64,000 nucleotides of DNA from Isurus oxyrinchus (lineage: Eukaryota): assembly GCA_026770705.1 (NCBI GenBank), contig JANJGN010000018.1, positions 95,232,001-95,296,000 of the forward strand. Direction: 5' to 3'. Made by a program: the position numbers and the translations under genes. Shown here one piece after another: positions 25,900-37,900 of the stretch (its first letter is position 1; each line of letters begins with the position of its first letter). The notes under the pieces were generated by a model. That model searched no databases, had not been told where the DNA came from, and was given only the letters and a program-made list of their open reading frames with translations.

Positions 25900-26350
25900 A
25901 GTGAAAAGGTAGAAACAGCAGAGGCCCATAAAGACTTGGTGGTCAAGTCACTGACAGGTACAGAAAATAATCAGCAAGGCTAATGGAGTACTGGTCTTTT
26001 CTCTAGAAGACAAGAACACAAGGGGGATAAAGTCATGTTTCTGCTATACAAGGCCCTGGTTAGACCACACCTGGAGTAGTGAGCATTCTGGGTACCACAC
26101 CTTTGAAAGGATATAATGACCTTGGAGGAAGCGTAGGATAGATTTATCTGATTAACACCTTGACTCCCAAGTTAAAATTAAAAGAGATCACACAAATAAG
26201 AGGTCCATTCCCTGGAATTTAGAAGATAATGGCAGATTTATTTGAAATTTTCAAAAAATTAAGGGGAACAGATCAGACAGAAACTATTTAAACTAGTTGG
26301 GGAGTCTTTGGCTAGGGGATGTAAAAAATTAGTGCCAAACTTATAAGCAG
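25900..26350 (+). mobile_element. Decayed CR1 fragment
   Basis: ctatacaaggccctggttagaccacacctggag encodes LYKALVRPHLE. Confidence 0.75.
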
Positions 26351-26362
26351 TAAAATTAGTGC

Positions 26363-27060
26363 ATCATGGAATGGATACAGCACAGGAGGCCATTTGGCCC
26401 TACGTTCATGCCAGCTCTCTGGATATGGAACTCAGCGAGTCCTACTCCCCTGCAGTTGCCTTGTCGCCGTGCTATTTCCTCTTCTGATAACTATCAAAGC
26501 CACAATCTTTCTGCCTCCACCACCTTTTCAGGTAGTCCATTCCAGATCTTAACCACTCAACTGAAAAAAGCTTTTCCTCATGCTGTCTTTGGTTCTTTTG
26601 CAATTCACCTCATCTGTGTTCTCTAATCTTCAACCTTTCCACCAATGGGAACAGTTTCACTCCATATACTCTTTCCAGATGCCTCGATTTTGAGCACCTC
26701 TATCAAATCTCCTTTCAATCTCCTCTTTTCCAAGGAGAACAGGCCCAACTTCTCCAATCTATCCACATAACTGAAGTTTCTCATCCTTGGAACCATTCTC
26801 ATAAACCTTTTGTGCACCCTCTCCAATGTCCTCACATCTTTCCAAAAATGTGCTACCCAGAACTAAACACAACACTTCAATTGAGGGCACACCAGTGTTT
26901 TATAAAGGTTCAACATAACATGATTTTGTGTTCTTTGCCTCAATCCCAAGCATATGCCTCACTAACCACTCCCAACCTGCCCTGCCACATTTAACAATTT
27001 AGCCACACACAGCCCCAGGTCCCTCTGCTCCTGCACCCATTTTTTAGAATTCAATCCTTT
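26363..27060 (-). mobile_element. CR1 LINE 3' fragment
   Basis: ORF 26623-26835: LERVHKRFMRMVPRMRNFSYVDRLEKLGLFSLEKRRLKGDLIEV. Confidence 0.85.
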
Positions 27061-27064
27061 ATTT

Positions 27065-27904
27065 CAGAGGTTCCCAAATTGTTGGGTTGTGACCCCAATG
27101 TGGTAGGAGAAGTCACATTTGGGGTCACAAGCTGCCCCTTCTCCAAAGCAGCAACGCTGACTGTGGAGAGGAAACTGCCCCATTTGGAAACTCTGTGGGG
27201 CAGCCCTGGACCAATGCTGCCAAACAACAAGGGGCGGACAGAGAGCCCAAAGCACCCTTGAACATCAGAGACCACATTTAACAGAGAGTTCAAGTGGGCC
27301 CGAGATGTCTGTGTGCTGCACTGGAGCAGACAAAGGCAAGCAAGTGTAACTCAGTCACAGACTGAGTGCAGGAAAAACAGGGAGGTCATGCAACTGAGCC
27401 AGGAAGGTTCAAGGTGGCTTCAAACTTTCCTGTGTTTCTGCTTTTTGTCAGTCTGTTGTACAGGCTCCTTACCCGAGGATATAGTGACTGCTTTGCAAGC
27501 ACCAGCAACCATATCAAAAGGGTGGAAGGGGAGAGGGGCTGATATGTATGTGTGCGCGCATATGGATGTGGAGAGGAACAATGTGTGCGCGTGTGGCCAG
27601 AAAAGAGGGGGTTGGGACAAAGGGCATGCATGAGGTGTTGGGAGTGGGTGTGGGTGGTCAGGGGGCTCAGAGTTTTCTGTCACAAGGGAATTGGCTGGAA
27701 TCTACATGAATACACAAAACAATATTTTATAAAGTACTTGAAAAAAATCAAAGATTTTCAAATTTATGTGATGTATTGTTATATGTTGATCTGTAATAGA
27801 TAAACTAATAATAGTGAATACTACTATGCTGCTTTGTTTTGCTGGTGTCTGAGGTCACATTCATTTTCGTGTTAAAATGGGGTAACATTGGTAAATAGCC
27901 TCTG
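27065..27904. mobile_element. Possible non-autonomous hAT-like DNA transposon
   Basis: Starts cagaggttcccaaa (similar to hAT/Charlie-type termini CAGGGGTTCCCAAAC) and ends ...agcctctg (short degenerate TIR); GC-richer interior. No TSD seen. Confidence 0.4.
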
Positions 27905-27949
27905 AACTTTTTGTATTCAGCGTGGTTTTCGGTTGTATTATTCAACCTG

Positions 27950-29150
27950 GTATCTGTCATAAACCACTTTCATCTGCTACATGGTGCTCTCCAACCTTTT
28001 TGTCATCCAGAGCTCTCTAGCTTTTTTTGTCCTTTCTTTTCTCCTTCATGGAAATGTACCTCAACTGTATATGAACCATATTCTCTTTAAAGGCATCCCA
28101 TTGTTTTGTCAAGATTGTCAGCCAATTTTTTATTCCAATTCACCTGGGCCAGATATGTTCTTATCCCACTGAAACTGGTCCACCACCAATTAATTACATT
28201 CTTCTCTGGATTGCTCATCTTTTTTCCCTAGTTAACCTAAACTTTATGATACTATGACCACTTTCCCATAAAATGTTTCCCTCTTGCCACTCGTCCCACC
28301 TTACTTTCCTCAGATCCAGATTCAGCAATGCCTCCTTCACTGAGCCAGAAATATACTGACCCAGAAAACTCTCCTGAACAAACTTCAAAAACTCCCCCTG
28401 TGTTCTCTACAACAATAGATACCGGCACAGCACAGGGCTCCATTCTAACTACTCTATTGTTTCTGCATCTGTCTGAAAGTTCCTTGCAAATTTGTTCCTC
28501 TATATTTTCCCCTCTAGTCGGTGGGCTATAGAATTCACTGGATAGTGTAACGATACCTCTAGTTTCTTAAAGTAACCAAACAGATTCTGTCCTTCTGAAA
28601 AAGTCATAAGAACTCAAAACGTTAACTCTGTCTTTCTCTCCACAGATGCTGTCAGACCTGAGTTTTTCCAGAACTTTTTGTTTTTATTTCAGATTTCCAG
28701 CATCTGCAATATTTTACCTTTATCTTAAGATTCTGTCCTTGATCCCTCTCACCAGCACTACGATATTCTCCTTGATCAATACTGTCACACCACCTCCTTC
28801 CTTTCCTTCCCTATCAGTCTTGAACACCCTGTATCCAGGATTATTTAATATTTAAGTCTTGCTCTTCTGTGAGCCAGGTCACCATTATCACCAGAACCTC
28901 ACCTTCTGTGTGCTTATTTGTGCTTGTAGTGCACAAATCTTACTTAACACTCTCCATGCATTTTCACATAAATGAACAAACTTAATTTAGACCATACTGG
29001 GTTCGGTCACAGTCTGGCCTCACACGATCCCTTATTATTTCTCACTTTAGTGCTATCAATCTCTCCCAATCCTTTATACACCTTGATTATCCTTTATAAT
29101 GTTGCACCCTGGTTTCCATTTCCCTAAATTAGTTTGGACCCCCTCCTACC
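27950..29150 (-). mobile_element. Old CR1 fragment (endonuclease region), interrupted by a Penelope-derived copy
   Basis: Reverse complement resembles the CR1 endonuclease region (cf. 47190-47300 and 47690-47900), e.g. tgaacaccctgtatccagg...atttaagtcttgctcttctgtgagccaggtc. Confidence 0.6.
28595..28727 (+). mobile_element. Short Penelope-like pLTR-derived copy with degenerate hammerhead
   Basis: ctgaaaaagtcataagaactcaaaacgttaactc...agatgctgtcagacc...atttcagatttccagcatctgc; 13-bp flanking duplication agattctgtcctt (28582-28594 and 28728-28740). Confidence 0.75.
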
Positions 29151-30572
29151 CTTCTAGACACAGAGAGTGATTTAAGTTTGGAACTCTCTTCTGCAAACGC
29201 TACATCAATTCTTAATCATAAAACTGAGACTGAAAGATTCCTGTCCCCCAAAAGTGTTAAGGGATGTAGGGCAAGGTCAAAGCTCAGCCATGCCTCCATG
29301 AATGGGGGAACAAGCGTGAGGGGAAACAATGGCATGCTCCTGTTCCTACATTCTTTCCTAATTAAAAAGGTAGAATCTCATATCAAACAACAAAAATTTG
29401 CATTTATCTAACTGGTTTAGATTAATTTATATACTCAATTCATAGCTCTATTTTATAAACATATACAGTTGGCATAATTGCAACTTCAAAAGTTTCAGTA
29501 TCACTCTGGGGCCAAATAGTAGTCAGTTTCAAACTGCACTAAATTCTCCAGAACTATGGAATTTTTTTTTCCCTCCAAACAAAAAATATAGGCCGTACAT
29601 GTATTGTCATGTTCTATCAAATCTACAGTAAACAGCTCAAGCCAGTAAATATAAAATTAATTGCATCTACCTTGTTCCTAGTACAAGTCCAAATGCCTCC
29701 TGAGGACCAAACTAGCACCAATGTTAATATGTGCACAGCAAGCAGAAGCAAGTTAATACTCACAGCACTCTGGCTTATCCCAATCAGGCTGCACATGCTT
29801 TGCTTCAGGTGGTATATTGGCCCTGCAAGATTCAGACTAAGCTGAAAGGGCATTAAATGTGACATGTCAGATTTAAATTTCATGTTGCAATTTCAATGAT
29901 TCAAATGCCACCTCATTAAATAATACTGGGTTATGAGCATTATAGAGAGGCATCTCTTAAGATCAGGTGAAATGCTGGAAATGGAAATATTTCTGTGGAA
30001 GATTTTTGGACATCACCAGAGTAGTGTACAGGTACTTCATATTATGTAAGAGTACCATTTCTTTGCAAAAAGAATAAAAATGAGATAATGGCTAGACTTC
30101 TTAAAAGAAAGTCAAAACATAGCATTGCAAATGAACTCTTGAAAATCTCCTGACATCTGAAGGAAACGTATATTTATCTAGTGCCTATAACATAATACAA
30201 TGTCCCAAGGCACTTGACAGGGGCATTATAAAACAAAATATAGCAAGCCACATATGCAAGAGCTGCAATTATCAGTCACCCATACTTAATACAAGCTAAT
30301 ACATTCCATCACCAACTATTACCTGCTCCTCCAGATGCAAGTCTCTTTATAATAATGCCAGGATTCTGTACTTTTCCACAGATCTAACAGGAGCCGATAA
30401 AGGCTGGGATAACATTATGTGCCCAACTGGCAGATTACAATGACAATTTTTAAACCGTTAAGTTTTAGTAAACAGATCTTTTGTCTTACATATTAACAGA
30501 CCATACCAACAGATAAATGATTTCTTTCCACAGTTACAGATGAGAATTTTATAGTATCGCTATAAAAATATA

Positions 30573-30880
30573 CTGGCTCAGTTGGTGGAACTCTTCCAAC
30601 TCAGATGGTTGTGGATTCACCCCCTCACTCCAGAGATTTGTGCAAAAAATTCAAACTGACACTAAAGCACTGCTGAGTTTGCTGCACTGTTGGAGGTATT
30701 GCCTTGCAGATAAGATTTTAAACCGAGGTCCTGTTTGCTTTCTCAGGTGGATATAAAAGATTTCATTTTTTTCAAACTGGTCATTTACCTGATTTGCTGT
30801 TTGCATGCCTTGTGTGCAAATTGGTTGTTGAGCTTGTCTGTGTAGCAGTATGCACTTCAAAAATAACTCATTGATTAGAA
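30573..30880 (+). mobile_element. tRNA-headed Deu-domain SINE (SacSINE1/AmnSINE-like)
   Basis: A box tggctcagttgg, then gctgcactgttggaggtattgccttgcagataagattttaaaccgaggtcctgtttgctttctcaggtggatataaaagat, matching the Deu-domain consensus as I recall it. Confidence 0.7.
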
Positions 30881-32689
30881 GTATTTCCCAAAGGTTTACA
30901 AAGGTGACACAGAAATTTGTTAATTTAATATACTTTTTTGAGAATGATTGCAGTGTCGGGAGGGAAGAACAAGAGAATCAAAAATCACAAGGCATTGTGA
31001 TTGTGCAATATACTTTATACAATAATACAAAGTGTTCTGGCCACTACTGAAAAACCTATAATCAACATACTTAACCCAGTCTTACACAGTTCAAAATGCA
31101 CTGTCCACATAAAATAGAAGTTTGGAACACTGTATCCAAATCCATCATTGCAATCTTGCAGATTTTCCACAAATAAAAATTGCTCATGATTAAACATAAG
31201 TGACATCCTACCCTCACCAATCCTAACATCAGGAGATAAATGTTAAAAATTCATTATTTGCCTTACAACAAGGAGCCATTTGCTGGAGTAACCGAAAAAA
31301 TCGGTCTTGCTGTTTTATACAATTGCTAAATGTCTCACCTCCGTTGATATATAATTTTATTCAATTCCCAAAAACAAAGTCAATACAGGCACTTTTTAGT
31401 TTTACGCAATAAAGTATTAAATTAACTGGTTGTGACTAAACAATGCATTAATAGGCTTCATTTTAGTCAGAAATACTGGTGACATGGGAATTTAAAAATA
31501 GGATTAAAAAGATTAATAGAAATTTTCTTATATCTAGTATGAGTCTACAAGTTCTCCAAACAGTGAGGCAATTAGCCAGTATCATAGATCAACATCAACT
31601 ATTAGTCAGTTGTCGCTCTAGAAACAGGATTTTTATGAAAACTGACAGATAAGCATTACACACTAAATCACAGGAGGAACAAATCACAAGATAGTCATCT
31701 AACAGAAGGGTATGGGTTACATCCAATTGTCAACAAAATTCTAAATGGGGTGAACGCAAGATTCGATTTCAGTTTTGAAGTCCTCCCTGAAACAGTCTGG
31801 ACCTTTTTTTGGCTGTATATGCGGCTTAGTGAGACAAAGCTGTTGTGCACAAGTTTCCTGTGCTTTATAAAAGCTCATTATGCTTCTCTTGGTTGATCAA
31901 AAGCACAGGATTACTAATAATGTGATTGGCGCAAGCAGCATTTCATTTTCTTGTCTTAAATTATTATAAGAGTAACTCAAGTAACTTCCTATCTGGCAAT
32001 AGTTTAAGAGCATATAATTTACACATATTGAAAGAAATCTGTGATGTGAGTGTGACAAGTTCAGTGAAATAAAAATTTATTCATTAAACAAAATTATACA
32101 TTAAATGCAGCCAGAAAGGTGGTTTGTTTCTGATCACCTGTTACAATTACCAAAGTAATCAAGTAAAAGCTACTTTAAAAGTTAGGCATTTTATGGCAAC
32201 TACGGCCACTAATAGGCAGAAATAATATAGCCAGCTTTTGCACTTTATCTAAACATGTTCAGAGGAAAAATCTTCAGGTTGATAATTTACCATTGCATTA
32301 TAAAATGAATAATTCATACAAGAATGATGTCTCCTAAAGATGCAGTGGATGAGATACAGTGTTATTAAAAGTTAAGATGCTAACATAGCCCCTTACTAGT
32401 ATGGGTGTCAAATTAGGGCATTTTGCTTACTGAAGTAAAGCACTCAACATTATGCAATTTAAGTGGATGACAACTGTTAAGAAGTGGTATTTCTACTGGT
32501 TGTTTTCTAAATCAATCCCAAAATTGTATATTTTCTTGTTTTCAAAAAAAGTACAAACTTAACGAAATGTGCATAACTTTATTTCATGCAACATATTTTG
32601 CAAGTAGAATTTGTGAAATCCTGATAACCATACTTGTGTCCTAAACTGTCCTGAAACTTTAAGTGCAATGGCGAGCATCGACACCAAGT

Positions 32690-33260
32690 GAAAAAAAATT
32701 CAAACTTTCCACCAAAAAAATTGCTCCTCACTTCAATCCCAAATGGCCAACCCTTTATTTTGAGACAGTGGTTCCTAGTTCTAGATCCAACCAGCCAAAG
32801 GAAACATACTCAGAGCATCTCTCGTCAAGCTCATGGTTCAATTAGATTACACTTCATTCTCCTACATTCCAGAGAATATAAACCAAGTGTGCTTAATTTC
32901 TCCTAACAGGGCAACTCTCTCATCTTAGGAACAGTCTCATGAGCCTTCCTTGTACTCCCTCCATGGTAACTATGTTCTTCCTTTAGTAAAGATACCAGAG
33001 CTGTCCACAGTACTCAAGGTGTGGCCTCTCCAAGGCCCTATAGTCAACTGCAGTAAGACTTCTTTATTGTTCTATGTCGATCTCTTCGTACTAACAGCTT
33101 ACATGCCATTTCCTTTTCTAATTACTCGCTGTACACCTGCATGTTAACTTTGCTACCTCTGAATACCAACCTTTCCCAGTCTCATACCATGTAAAAAATC
33201 TTGTGCTTTTCATATTTCCTAGCAAAGTGGATAATTTCACATTGGCCAAACTATATATCC
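32690..33260 (-). mobile_element. Decayed CR1 3' fragment
   Basis: Reverse-complement CR1 ORF2 C-terminal pattern (taccagagctgtccacagtactcaaggtgtggcctctccaaggccctata = LYRALERPHLEYCGQLW on the minus strand, approximately). Confidence 0.7.
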
Positions 33261-35339
33261 ATGCTTGTTTTGTGGCATAAAATAAGATCTACAACAATGT
33301 TAAGATAGAAATAATTCCATTTGAAAAAAATGAAGCTGGGTTAAATCATCTTCAGTGAGATGAGTGAGAAACTGAACCTTCTAATTTGTAACAGTGCTAA
33401 CGATGCAATAAAAATTAACAATTTAACATTGCCTTATTACTAAATGGGGTTGCCCCGAAGAAGCAGCAGCAAGAACATTTGAGAAGTAAAATACTTAGAG
33501 GAGAAATATCTTCAGAGTTGGCAGGATTTGGAAAGCTCTAATTGAAAAGGCAGTGGAAGGTGAATCCATAAATAGTTTTAAAAGGGAGTTGGATAGGTAC
33601 TTGAGGATGAGGAGCCTACAGAGTTACATGCAAAAAGCAGGGGTATGGAACTTAGCACGGCTGCTCTTTTGAAGAGCCAGTGCAGCTATGAGCCAAACGG
33701 CCTCTTTCTGTGAGATAAGTTCCTATGATTCAAAGATGAAAAAGAAGAAAAAAAGATCTTAAACATGATTAGGTCAAATGAAGTATCTATACTTGTTCAT
33801 GATGTGTCTCATTCACATCCCCTCACGTCATATCTTTGTGACGTAATCAGTACTGCTGACTCACTTAAGGGAAACATACCTATATGAACATAACAGGCCA
33901 GAATATCCTGCAGGCTTCAGCTTTTTTATGACAGACGATATTTTAGTACAATTATGTCTACATCATTCTAACATTGTATCTTAGTACTTCATATGTTTTA
34001 TTTTATATATAACAAACTTTTGTAATGAACATGGACCATGTTCAGAGATTGGATTGCCCAGGTGCAAAGCAATAATATTTTTGTCAGAAAGCGAGCACTG
34101 CACATAACTGTTTTACAGATGCTGTATGTGTCCAGAGACAAGAGAAATTTTATTCCTCGAAATACTACAAGCAATTTTATAGTTTTAAAAGTGCGTTGGT
34201 CAGGTCATTGATATCAGGTTATTGATATCTGTAAGTAAGTTATTTCATCTTAATAATTTCAACAGGGAAAAATAGCAGTAATACTACAGTAAAACATATA
34301 TACAAATTGCACAAACTAATATGCTGACACCTTTCTGAAAATAGTATTGCAGTCAATTGTGCTTTTAAAAGTACCTTTTTATGGAGGCCTGCATATTTCT
34401 CATGAGAGATATCTGCACAAGTGCTTTTGCAATTTCACAGCTAAACTATTACTGTGAAAATAGTATATCCTACAAATGGAGATTAATTAACAAATCATGA
34501 CAGGGCTACTGCAAAAGAATAAAGTAAACTTCTCCTGAACACAGCCACTGTAAGCAACACTTTTTCAACTACTCATACTGATTACGGACTAATCTCCACC
34601 AATAATTCACCACACTGTAGCTGCAGGATCAGCACTAGAATAATTTATGTTCTAAAGTACATCACTCAAGTGAAAATAACAGTGAGAAATGCAGGGTGAA
34701 GATCAAAGTGGTAGAGGTTTTGAGAATGGGTTTGAAAGGGGGGGGGAAGGAGTTAGGAAAGGCAGAGGGGTGTAACAATGTTCCAGATTGTGGAACCAAA
34801 ATAGCTGTAGGCATTTCATCCAAACTTAGAGATGGGAGAATACAAGGTCAGAACTGGATTTGCAGAGGACGAGAACTGAATGAGGTTGTTGGGCTAGGAA
34901 GGAGCACACTCATGAGGGGACTTGACAAGGAAAAGGTTTTTGAAATTCATGTGTAGATGAACAGGGAATTAAGTTTGGAGAGAACACCAATACAGAAGTA
35001 GAGCACAGGACACAGATAACGCAAGGGGAAGTTAAAATTCCATTAAGTGGGTACAAGCTGCAATATTATCTTCATATTCATCAACATTTGAAACCAGATG
35101 AATCTCACCTGTAGCATCTTATAATCAGAACAATCCCAATCATTTAGAAAACTAGATTTTTTTTAAACCAGCCTACATTTTTGAAATGCTTAAAAATCAA
35201 ATTATATTGTGATCTCAATTAGCAATCCACACTTCAATTTACAGGCTTAAAGACTTGTTGCAGCAGAGTTTATTGTGGTGCATTTATGAACACATTAATT
35301 ACAACAATGCATTAAGCCATACTTGTGCACAAAAATAAA

Positions 35340-35745
35340 ACAACTTGTACTTATGTAGCACCTTTCACTAACTTGGGGTGTCCCACTTTTTTGAAGTGGA
35401 GTCAGTGTTGAAGGGAAATGCGACAGCCAATTTACACAGAGTAAGATCCCACAATCGACAATGAAATAAACAAACAATTAAACTGTGAGAGATATTGGTT
35501 GACAGATAAATGTTGGTCAGGACACCAGGGAGAACTCCCCTGCTCTTCTTCGAGCCATGGAATCTTTCACATCCATTTGAGAGAATAAATAGGGCCTTGA
35601 TTTAACATCTCATCCGAAAGGTGGCACCTCCAACCAAGCAGCTGCACTGGACTGTCAGCCTATACTTCCTGCTTAAGTCTTTGGAGTTGTGCTGGAACAC
35701 ACAAACTTTTGACTTGTGGGAGTGTGTTACTGCTGGCTAACAGCT
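35340..35745 (-). mobile_element. Near full-length Deu-domain SINE (SacSINE1-like)
   Basis: ggacaccagggagaactcccctgctcttcttcg...ggccttgatttaacatctcatccgaaaggtggcacctccaac is the reverse complement of the Deu domain. Confidence 0.8.
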
Positions 35746-37244
35746 AGCACAATCAAATATAAAAATAAAAGTCAGATAGCCAACTTGCATAGTATCTCAA
35801 TATACAGTACACAGAGCCAGAAACAGATTTTTGCTTGACTTATTTTGATGCTGGATGAAGACAGCAAGAATTCTACCAACAATGCTTTTTTTGCTAGCCA
35901 GATGTTGTCACAAAGACAACTTTTCCCTACTATTTCAACTCTACAAGTGTTGAAATCACGTGACTGACAATCCAATTCCAATCACAACAAACTGATATTT
36001 TGTGGTGCTGAAGTGAAAGTATCAGTTCTGTATAGAATATCTTTTTCACCAGAGGTCTAAGCATAGAAAGCAAAGTAATGTTAAAAGATATTTTTAGAAG
36101 GGCTGCTTTATTGAGACCAACCAAAATTAGTCTGAGATTTGGTTCTGAACCTGCCTTAGGACACCAAAAGTTAATCCCAAAAGGTAATTATGGACAGTTT
36201 TCATTTGACTTATTGAAAATAACACTGGCAATACACCCAAAAGAAAATCTATGTTTCCTTAGTCAAATAAGTTAGTTGGCATTGAGAAACTCTTGAATAA
36301 ACATTCAACCATTAAAACAAGTTTCATTAAATGTTTACTGACATTATAGTTTGCTGTTTGCAGGTGTACCAGATCTCAACATACTACAAATTAGTGCACT
36401 GTCATAATTCGTAAAGTTTAACAATTTGCCATAGGACGTTGCACCTGCACACATCAGGTTAATTTTAACACCTGTACACGCTTTGCATATTGAAAAGGTT
36501 TTTTTTAAATGTTTAACATGTTAAGTGGCTTGCCCTTGTCTTGTATTACAATCCAACAGGTAACGAGCATTTTTGGCAGGCATCACTCCAATCATGGTTT
36601 TACAAAAGAACAATCTTCTGTTAAATGGACATGACTATGGCAAAGGAAAATTTAAAAAAAAACAATGCACAACTATAGGCTGGGTGTCAATACTGACTTA
36701 AACTGTACATCAACTGTGCACACTGGCCAAATAAGCCTTAACCAAACACAAGCCAAATGTCTCAGATTCAAATTTCTCCAGATCACTGAAATAACACAAC
36801 TGTCATATGCATATGAAAATAACGTGAATATTTCTAATTCATGACTTGATTGCTGTGCCCTGTGCTAACACTCGGGTACACAACATTTACTGTAACACTT
36901 CCAGTACAGTAGCACTGTCAAAAAGAGTCCATCTTCTTCCTCTCTCACTCTGAGCTAACATATGAATTAACAACCGTCGCTTTAAAAAAGATAATCCAAC
37001 CAAACCAAAAAAAAAAGAAATGCCTTTAAAAAGCGTCAGGCCGTTTTGGCGTAAAACGACAAGGGGGGAAAAAAAACTGAAACACAGAATAAACTGGGCG
37101 AGGAATCAGAATGAAACAGACAAACCTCTTCCCGTTTTCTCTTCTATCCCTCTCCCTCCCTCTGGTCTGTCTGTCTGCCTGTCGCCAGGCCGCTCTCGTT
37201 GCTGAGAAGCCGCCACCTGGGTTTACAGTCCCCTCCTTTCTAAA

Positions 37245-37356
37245 GGGGAGGGAAGGAGGGGGGGGGGAGGGAAGGAGGGGGGGGTGGGGGTGGTAAAGGA
37301 AGATTTAGGGGTTGGAGGGTTGGGGGGTCTGGGGAGGGAGGGAGGGAGGGGGGGGA
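37245..37356 (+). other. G-run cluster, potential G-quadruplex at start of intron 1
   Basis: More than ten runs of 3 or more G with short loops (ggggagggaaggaggggggggggagggaaggagggggggtgggggtgg...). Confidence 0.7.
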
Positions 37357-37422
37357 AGAGTGTAGAAAAATAATACACAAATTTCCAGTGCGGGAATTCA
37401 GGATCGTCTCATCCCCACCTAC

Positions 37423-37900
37423 CCCAGGTTGTCTCCCGTCCCCTCGGAGCCAATTCTTATTTGGGTTTAAATTGTGCCTCTGCTCTTCTTTCCCACCCCC
37501 CTCCCCCCCTCTCTCTCTTTCTATTTTCCCCTCTCTCTTTTTTTATTTCACAAAATGGCGCGCACTACAAACCTGCGCAACAGCAAACACCTCCTCGGCG
37601 CCGCCTTTTTTCAAACCCGCTTTACACCTCCTTGCGCTGCTCGCCAGCCCGACTTCTCCGGCCGCTCCGACCATTCAACTTTCTCCTCCCGCTCTCCCGA
37701 ATCTCCCGATCTGGCCTTCGAAATTTTTCAGAATGCAGGGGAGGGAGGGAGGGGGGGGGGGAAGGAAAGGTGGAGTTTGAAAAAAAATTATTTTCCCCCC
37801 CCCGCGGAAGAAAAAAATATTCCGAGGCGGGAAAGCCCTGAAAAAAAAATTTTTCTCTCTCTCTTCTCTCTCCGCTTAACAACAAAATGGCGACAGACGG
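37423..37900 (-). other. Probable non-coding first exon of the minus-strand gene (TSS approximate)
   Basis: Donor CCTGGG|gtaggt at 37423/37422 inside the CpG island; sense-strand GCCATTTTG (YY1) just downstream of the upstream motif cluster; downstream exon candidates are on the same strand. Confidence 0.6.
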
